Source: an uncultured Bacilli bacterium
Lineage (GTDB): Bacteria; Bacillota_I; Bacilli_A; RF39; UBA660
Direction of reading: 5' to 3'
NCBI GenBank assembly: GCA_944358695.1
Contig: CALVRM010000032.1
Location: 13,014 to 77,013, forward strand
Length of the DNA: 64,000 nucleotides
Under the pieces are notes generated by a model, which was not told the DNA's origin, searched no databases, and saw only the letters and a list, made by a program, of their open reading frames with translations. Below, piece after piece: positions 58,113 to 64,000 of the stretch (its first letter is position 1; every line of letters begins with the position of its first letter). Made by a program: the position numbers and the translations under genes.

Positions 58113-59270
58113 TTACTTTGAATTATATTTATCATTCAGTAAGTTAAAAACCTTTTCCCATTCATTAACAACCACCGAGCAATCAAATTGTCTAGAAAAA
58201 TCTTTAGCATTCTGTGAGAGCTGTTTCAATTCCAAAGGACATGTAATTAATTTCCCTAATTTATCAACAAATAAATCAACGTCATTGTTCTCAACCACAT
58301 ATCCTGTCTTACCATCTATTATTTGCTCATAAACGGTCTCACCAAAATTAAACGAAACCACCGGTAATCCACATGAATAACCTTCAATAATGCTTAAAGA
58401 AAATCCCTCAGACAAAGAAGTATTTAAAATAATAGAAGATTGCAGTAAAACTTCAAGCGGATTTTTCGTAATCCCCTTATATACAATATTTTTATTTTTC
58501 GAAAATACGTCCTTACTATGCTTATTAAATTCACCGGCTCCATAAATTTCAAATACCCAGTCAGTACAGTTAAACTTTTGAAAACATCTATCGACAATGT
58601 CAATCATTAAATCAATTCTTTTGTTATTATCAATTCGAGTAATTACGACAATTTTTTTATTGTTAGCAACATCACTTATTTTATCGGTTGTAAACTTATT
58701 AGGATTATAAATATAATGATTTTTTTGAAATCCAAATTTTTCAGCTTTATTCATCGTAGATTTACATAACCAATAAAGCCCAAAAAGTTCATTATTTAAT
58801 CTTTTTAAAATTTTAATATTATTTTTATCACGAAGCATGTACTCAAATGAAGAGTGCTGAACAAAGCAAGTACGCCCAAGGTAATCTTGCGGAATGCCTA
58901 ATAATACTTGATAATGAGCGGCTATAATATAATCAGGCTTCATTTCAGCAATAATTCCTTTCATTTTTTTATAATCGTCATTCAATTTCCTTCTATCAAT
59001 AAAATATTGTTTACAAGTTTTAAAAAAATCTTTTTTAAACATTTTCTTTAAAACATCTCTTTTGTGTGTAATTCCCCAAGAATCACTATAATTAACAATA
59101 TTTGTTTTAAAAGAAGCAATTAACTTATCATGTTCATCATTATCTCTAATAGCCAAATAATTAACATCATAACCCCTTTTTAGAAACTCTTCTCCTAAAG
59201 TTTTATTAACAAACCATATTCCTCCCATTGCACTAGCTTTATTAGTTAACAGTAAGATCTTTTTCATCAT
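58113..59270 (-). CDS. GT4-family glycosyltransferase
   Basis: The C-terminal SLSEGFSLSIIEGYSCGLPVVSF is the EX7E-type GT-B motif. The start is probably at MMKKILLL, after GGAAGG. Confidence 0.75.
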   Translation of the reverse strand: MMKKILLLTNKASAMGGIWFVNKTLGEEFLKRGYDVNYLAIRDNDEHDKLIASFKTNIVNYSDSWGITHKRDVLKKMFKKDFFKTCKQYFIDRRKLNDDYKKMKGIIAEMKPDYIIAAHYQVLLGIPQDYLGRTCFVQHSSFEYMLRDKNNIKILKRLNNELFGLYWLCKSTMNKAEKFGFQKNHYIYNPNKFTTDKISDVANNKKIVVITRIDNNKRIDLMIDIVDRCFQKFNCTDWVFEIYGAGEFNKHSKDVFSKNKNIVYKGITKNPLEVLLQSSIILNTSLSEGFSLSIIEGYSCGLPVVSFNFGETVYEQIIDGKTGYVVENNDVDLFVDKLGKLITCPLELKQLSQNAKDFSRQFDCSVVVNEWEKVFNLLNDKYNSK

Positions 59271-59306
59271 TAACCTTCCTTTCATTTATAAATCAAATTC
59301 TCAAAG

Positions 59307-60287
59307 TTAATGTTTTAAAAATATTTTCTTTATAAACCCATTACAATAATACAATACATTAGCCGATAAAGTGCAAAATGTTACCATAAATATACCAGAA
59401 AGGTGATGATAAAAATAGCGGTTTTTCCGGTAATGTGGGAACTGCTCATTGACGTTCTTTTTAGCAATCTCAACTGCTGCTTTATAATCTTTTTTCTTAA
59501 AATGGCATGCATTAATAATAAAAGTGTTATACAAATAACGTACATAACAATATTCAAGTTCTTTTTTATATTCATCATAAAAGCCATTAGTCTTATAAAA
59601 TTCAACAATTCCATTAAAATTATCAATATAATCATATAACCTTTTATCATATGTTTTAATGATAGAATTATTTCTCTGCACATAATTAATTAAAGGCTCT
59701 TTAACAGTTCCAATACTATTAATATAAGGAAACATTTTATAAATAAGTTCTGTATCTTCATACCAGACACCTTTTTTAAATAAAACATTTTCGAATAAAG
59801 AACGTTTATAAATTTTGTTCCAAGCCGTCGGATAAAAATTCAACATTTGTTTTTTTATTTGTTCCTTAGTGTTAATATCTTTTTCGACACATGATGAAAT
59901 AACGCGCGTTTGATCAGGAAACACCATATTAACATCACAGACAACTATATCATAGTTATCTTCTTTAGCTTTTTGATAAAGTTTTTCAAACATAGTGGCT
60001 TCTACATAATCATCACTATCTACAAATCCAATGTACTCACCCCTAGCTTTAGCAATACCATAATTTCTAGCATCACTAAGCCCGCCATTTTCTTTTATAA
60101 ATGCCTTGATTAAATCTGGATTTTTCTGCACGTATTTATCAATGATCTTCTGACAATTATCCGGACTCCCGTCATTTACAACGATAATTTCAATATCTTT
60201 TAAACTTTGCATAGTTAAACTATCCAAACATTTTTCTAAATACTTCTCGACATTATAAACTGGAACAATTACACTAACCTTTACCAC
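59307..60287 (-). CDS. GT2-family glycosyltransferase (paralogue A)
   Basis: VSVIVPVYNVEKYLEKCLDSL, VNDGSPD and VDSDD motifs. GTG start after AGGTGA. Confidence 0.85.
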   Translation of the reverse strand: MVKVSVIVPVYNVEKYLEKCLDSLTMQSLKDIEIIVVNDGSPDNCQKIIDKYVQKNPDLIKAFIKENGGLSDARNYGIAKARGEYIGFVDSDDYVEATMFEKLYQKAKEDNYDIVVCDVNMVFPDQTRVISSCVEKDINTKEQIKKQMLNFYPTAWNKIYKRSLFENVLFKKGVWYEDTELIYKMFPYINSIGTVKEPLINYVQRNNSIIKTYDKRLYDYIDNFNGIVEFYKTNGFYDEYKKELEYCYVRYLYNTFIINACHFKKKDYKAAVEIAKKNVNEQFPHYRKNRYFYHHLSGIFMVTFCTLSANVLYYCNGFIKKIFLKH

Positions 60288-60322
60288 GCCATCACCTAAT
60301 TTCTTAATCTTAAAAAAATATT

Positions 60323-61270
60323 CTATTTATGAGTAAGTCGCTTAATCATTTTAAGCAAGCCATAATGTTTATAATAAGCCATTTTACAAATAACCTTTAG
60401 TTTAAAACTGGATTTTTTTAAATAAATATTGTTTTGCCATTGTGGATAACAATCTTTCATCGTATTTACAATTTTCTCTAAATAAATGTCCGTATTTTTG
60501 TAATTTAAAAAACGTAAAGTAGCACTTCTAAGCAAATGCGTTATATATAAGTATTCAACCTCAGCAGGAAACTTTTTCCCTAAAAGCTCACGATTTTTAT
60601 CTAAAACGGTAAAAATATCCAATAATTTTTCATTAAAACTAACCTGGTTCATAATAGAACTACTTCTTTGTAAATAATAATAAAGCCCTTCCTCTATAAA
60701 ACCGATTTTATCAGTTCTTAAAGCCAATGAAGGAGTTAATTCCAAATCTTCGTATAAAATACCTTTTTTAAATTGATGTTTTTTAAGCAAATAGCTCTTA
60801 TATAATTTTATACATCCTGTTGTCGGTCCAATAATATAATTTTTAACATCATCGTCACTAAAATGCAAATTCGATTTAATTAATTCCTCTTTCCCATCAT
60901 CATAAACATTAATAGTATCACAAACAACAATATCTAAGCCATCCATGGTAGCTTTATTATACATTTTTAAAAGCATGTCAGCAGCAATATAATCGTCACT
61001 ATCCACCAAAGAAATATACTCACCCTTAGCTTTAGCAATACCATAGTTTCTAGCATCACTAAGGCCACCATTTTCTTTTATAAAAGCCTTGATTAAATCT
61101 GGGTATTTTTGCGCGTATTTATCGATAATTTCCTGACAATTATCTGGGCTCCCATCATTGACAACAATAATTTCAATATCCTTTAAACTTTGCGTAACTA
61201 AACTATCCAAACATTTTTCTAAATACTTCTCGACATTATAAACCGGAACAATTACACTAACCTTGCACAT
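60323..61270 (-). CDS. GT2-family glycosyltransferase (paralogue B)
   Basis: Same N-terminal motifs as paralogue A. ATG 61270 (MCKVSVIV) follows GAGGTG. Confidence 0.85.
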   Translation of the reverse strand: MCKVSVIVPVYNVEKYLEKCLDSLVTQSLKDIEIIVVNDGSPDNCQEIIDKYAQKYPDLIKAFIKENGGLSDARNYGIAKAKGEYISLVDSDDYIAADMLLKMYNKATMDGLDIVVCDTINVYDDGKEELIKSNLHFSDDDVKNYIIGPTTGCIKLYKSYLLKKHQFKKGILYEDLELTPSLALRTDKIGFIEEGLYYYLQRSSSIMNQVSFNEKLLDIFTVLDKNRELLGKKFPAEVEYLYITHLLRSATLRFLNYKNTDIYLEKIVNTMKDCYPQWQNNIYLKKSSFKLKVICKMAYYKHYGLLKMIKRLTHK

Positions 61271-61445
61271 AATTAACACCTCGCAAAACATATTTATTAT
61301 AAACATTATAACAAATATCTTAACTATTTACTAGCCAAAACAAAATTAAAATAAATTTCAAAAATAAAGCATAAAAAAACAGCACTTAGCCTAAAGAAGG
61401 CTTTTTACTGTTTTCTACTATCCAAATATCTAACATAAAATAATA

Positions 61446-62204
61446 TTAGTAATCAATGCATGAATTTCCGATATAATCTAAAACTTTTTGTGTAGTTTGA
61501 TCATCATAATGCAATCCGTCTGGTGTTTGAAAGTCAAGGTGATGATAACTATCACAATATTTAACACTATAACTACTCAAATAATGATTTAAATAATAAT
61601 TAAACCACTCGATTTTATCATTAGTTCGTTTGTTACTTTTGTAAATAATTTCCTCATCAACTGGATTAACAGACAAAAGATAAAAACGAATATTATCATA
61701 TTTATCCAATATCTCACTATAAGCTTCGGCATATTGTTTAGCCAGCATTTGAACACTTGTTTCAGAATTTAAATCATTTACGCCCATGTTAACAACAACA
61801 TGGTAAATATAATTTTTATCATTATTAATTAATTTCTCAAGTTCAGGTAGAGCTTTTTCAACTGTCCAAGAAATCTTTGCCCCGGCTTTAGCAATAATCT
61901 TAAATTTCAAAGGAATATTTACCGCTGATTCATCAATCCACTCCATTCGTGAGTCACCAATAATCACAACTTTATTACCGTAAAAATGATTGATTAACTT
62001 CTTTTCTCCCGTAGGTATCTGTTTAAAATTATCAGTAGTAATTTCATCTTTAGCAATTACTGTATAAAAAGAAACTAATGAAATCACCACTATTCCAACG
62101 ATTACAAAACCATTACAATATTTTACCACGGAAGAAAAATTAACACTATTATGAATTATTGCTACTAAAATTATCAATAATAAAATAATAACTACAACAA
62201 GCAT
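61446..62204 (-). CDS. membrane-anchored SGNH/GDSL-type hydrolase
   Basis: VIIGDSRMEW, NMGVNDL and DGLHY blocks. Paralogue of 52836-53708. Confidence 0.55.
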   Translation of the reverse strand: MLVVVIILLLIILVAIIHNSVNFSSVVKYCNGFVIVGIVVISLVSFYTVIAKDEITTDNFKQIPTGEKKLINHFYGNKVVIIGDSRMEWIDESAVNIPLKFKIIAKAGAKISWTVEKALPELEKLINNDKNYIYHVVVNMGVNDLNSETSVQMLAKQYAEAYSEILDKYDNIRFYLLSVNPVDEEIIYKSNKRTNDKIEWFNYYLNHYLSSYSVKYCDSYHHLDFQTPDGLHYDDQTTQKVLDYIGNSCIDY

Positions 62205-62265
62205 AAAATCACCACAAAGTCTATTTTATCATATTTTCTTGATTTTTAAACATTTTTTAGTTTAT

Positions 62266-63738
62266 TTAATATAATAACAAATATAATTTATCGCCTTTAA
62301 AAACTAATTGCTTTTTGTCAAATTTGTCATATTCTTTACCTTTAAAATATTCATTAAACTTTTCTTTGCTCATCGGTTTGTAAGCTAAATCAACATCACT
62401 GTAAACATGAAAAGCACAGTTCATTGCCCAGTCAACAGCTAGCAATCTAATATTAGCACCATTAGCATGGCCAAAACTATAATAATAGTTAACTGAACTA
62501 TCTTTAGCGTAGTAAACCGTATCTACTTTATTGCCACTTTCATTTTCGTACCATTTAATACGTTGATATATATTATTTAAATATTTAACATCTTCTTTAT
62601 AACGTTTAATATCTATCATCGTATTTTGATGAATAGCATAACAAGATAAAAGTAAAAGGGCCGTAATTATAGCTCCAAATAAATAATTAATTTTAAAATT
62701 ATAATTAAAGGTAGAAATAATAAGCAAGAATAAAACGCTTGGTAAAATTCCTAAAGTTAGTGCCATACGGGCAGCTATATAATTATTATCTGCAGCCATA
62801 AATAAATTAGGAATAAAAGGTGCAATCACGCAAGATATAATTAATATAAAAAGCAAAAATATATTAATTAATTTGTGCTCATTTTTAACTAATAAGTAAA
62901 TAAACATCACAAATAAAATAGCAACAATAAAATAGTAAAATTTAGTATTAATAAATCCAAATAATAATTCTAACGAATTAGGTAATAATGCAGTAACTAC
63001 TGCTATTAAATTATCTAAAATACTAAAATTACCGAGTTTAGATATGCTAACTGATAAAATAGCCGCTACACATTTAATAATAGCAAAATTAACTAAAAAC
63101 GCCATAGCGTATATTATAATAGCCACCCCAAGCATTTTACCTAAAGATAAAACCTTTTCCTTACTATCGATCTTTTTAGTAATCATAATAAGTAACAAGC
63201 AAACAAATAAGTAAGCAGCAATTCCTTGATAACAAGCTACGCCAATAATTGCTAAAATGAAAGCTAAAACATAGTTTAATATCCCATCTTCAACAATTTT
63301 AGTGGCAACTAAAACCATACATAGAATTCCAAGCGCTATAACAAAAGATTCGTCTAAAAGTAAAACTTCAATTAATAAAGGATTATAAAAAAGTAAGAAA
63401 ACACTAGTTAAAACAAATACTTTTAATAATTTGCTGTTCAAATTAAGATTTTTTTCAATAACTGTATATAATTTTAAAATAGCAATAGCCAAAAATAAAT
63501 TAGTTAAAAACGCTGAAATAAACCCAATCGAATCAAAAGGTAAACCAACTAAACCAAAAATCCAAAAGAACAAAGCACTAAAAACACGACCATTTTGTAA
63601 GAAAAGTAATGCCGTATCGTTATAGCCATTATACATTGTACAATAACTATCTAAAGCATGTGAAGCTGCAAAAGCCGGATAAGTCACAATGATCCCTATA
63701 CTAAATATTATCAAAAATTGCAATACTTTTCTTTTCAT
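62266..63738 (-). CDS. polytopic membrane protein (GtrII-like glucosyltransferase candidate)
   Basis: 490 aa with ~12 TM segments and a C-terminal soluble domain. Its start overlaps the stop of the upstream small membrane protein gene. Weak family assignment. Confidence 0.4.
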   Translation of the reverse strand: MKRKVLQFLIIFSIGIIVTYPAFAASHALDSYCTMYNGYNDTALLFLQNGRVFSALFFWIFGLVGLPFDSIGFISAFLTNLFLAIAILKLYTVIEKNLNLNSKLLKVFVLTSVFLLFYNPLLIEVLLLDESFVIALGILCMVLVATKIVEDGILNYVLAFILAIIGVACYQGIAAYLFVCLLLIMITKKIDSKEKVLSLGKMLGVAIIIYAMAFLVNFAIIKCVAAILSVSISKLGNFSILDNLIAVVTALLPNSLELLFGFINTKFYYFIVAILFVMFIYLLVKNEHKLINIFLLFILIISCVIAPFIPNLFMAADNNYIAARMALTLGILPSVLFLLIISTFNYNFKINYLFGAIITALLLLSCYAIHQNTMIDIKRYKEDVKYLNNIYQRIKWYENESGNKVDTVYYAKDSSVNYYYSFGHANGANIRLLAVDWAMNCAFHVYSDVDLAYKPMSKEKFNEYFKGKEYDKFDKKQLVFKGDKLYLLLY

Positions 63739-64000
63739 TATTTCACATCCTCGTCTTTCTTATTTTTATTCTGACAATTATCATAAATAATAACTGCTAA
63801 ACAACCAAACGACATTACTAAATACATCATTGGACTAACCCAACCGAATACATGGCCCGAATAATATGCAATAACTAACCCTAGAAAAACACTCAAAGTA
63901 GCTAAAACAGTTTTAAATCTAAAATTATTTTTAAAATTTCTCAAAGCTTTAATAGCTAAATAAATAAGCAATCCAAAATATGGCCCAATTAATATAAGAA
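63738..64000 (-). CDS. small membrane protein, 5' end probably outside window
   Basis: The frame stays open to the window edge (..LILIGPYFGLLIYLAIK...). It has two or more TM helices and a basic/acidic tail. Confidence 0.3.
   Translation of the reverse strand, partial: LILIGPYFGLLIYLAIKALRNFKNNFRFKTVLATLSVFLGLVIAYYSGHVFGWVSPMMYLVMSFGCLAVIIYDNCQNKNKKDEDVK

Noticed and set aside
1-64000. Mollicutes-type genetic code 4 (TGA = Trp), suggested by the extreme AT content and the DUF285 protein.
   Set aside because: Long conserved genes (smc, dnaG, sigA, mnmA) are intact under the standard code and use TGG for Trp. TGA terminates well-defined ORFs, for example the pIII-like gene at 47335-47337 and the IS110 C-terminal ORF. 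Cell-wall genes (murC, ftsW/rodA, uppP) are also present.

Overview
This is a very AT-rich chromosomal segment from a cell-walled, low-GC Bacillota-type bacterium. It reads with the standard code: TGA is a stop and Trp is TGG. I cannot assign a species.

- **1-34.7 kb:** mostly plus-strand housekeeping genes. These are the murC 3' part, tcdA, smc, an ABC-F ATPase, def, uvdE, ftsW/rodA, comEA-comEC, dnaG-sigA-trmK, a PilC/ComGB-like platform protein with a prepilin peptidase, ydbS/ydbT-like PH proteins, queH, a polysaccharide deacetylase, uppP, an OmpR/HK pair, holA and then rarA.
- **34.7-39.0 kb:** an accessory patch. It holds a frameshifted IS110-family transposase and a SymE-like toxin gene. 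A DUF285/BspA-like surface protein and an RHH regulator are bracketed by ~158-bp inverted repeats. Next to them is a non-coding locus of two perfect 105-bp inverted repeats, each a promoter-to-terminator small-RNA unit, around a 570-bp hairpin-rich core.
- **39.0-43.5 kb:** a zinc-ribbon membrane protein, a XerD-type recombinase, an AlkD-like protein and two metal transporters.
- **43.5-49.9 kb:** a ~6.4-kb filamentous (inovirus-like) prophage bounded by 65-bp direct repeats whose ends form a dif-like Xer site. Gene orientation flips from plus to minus here, so this is probably the replication terminus. The element looks like a Xer-exploiting integrative element (IMEX) in a Gram-positive host. 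This is my top candidate for the novel system.
- **49.9-64 kb:** all genes are on the minus strand. They are an XRE regulator, mnmA, a SpoIIM-like protein and a cell-wall polysaccharide/teichoic-acid decoration cluster (two SGNH paralogues, LicD, acyltransferase-3, GT14, GT4, two mosaic GT2 paralogues and GT-C-like membrane proteins).

No rRNA, tRNA or CRISPR array was seen. All family assignments rest on motifs read by eye, not on database searches.
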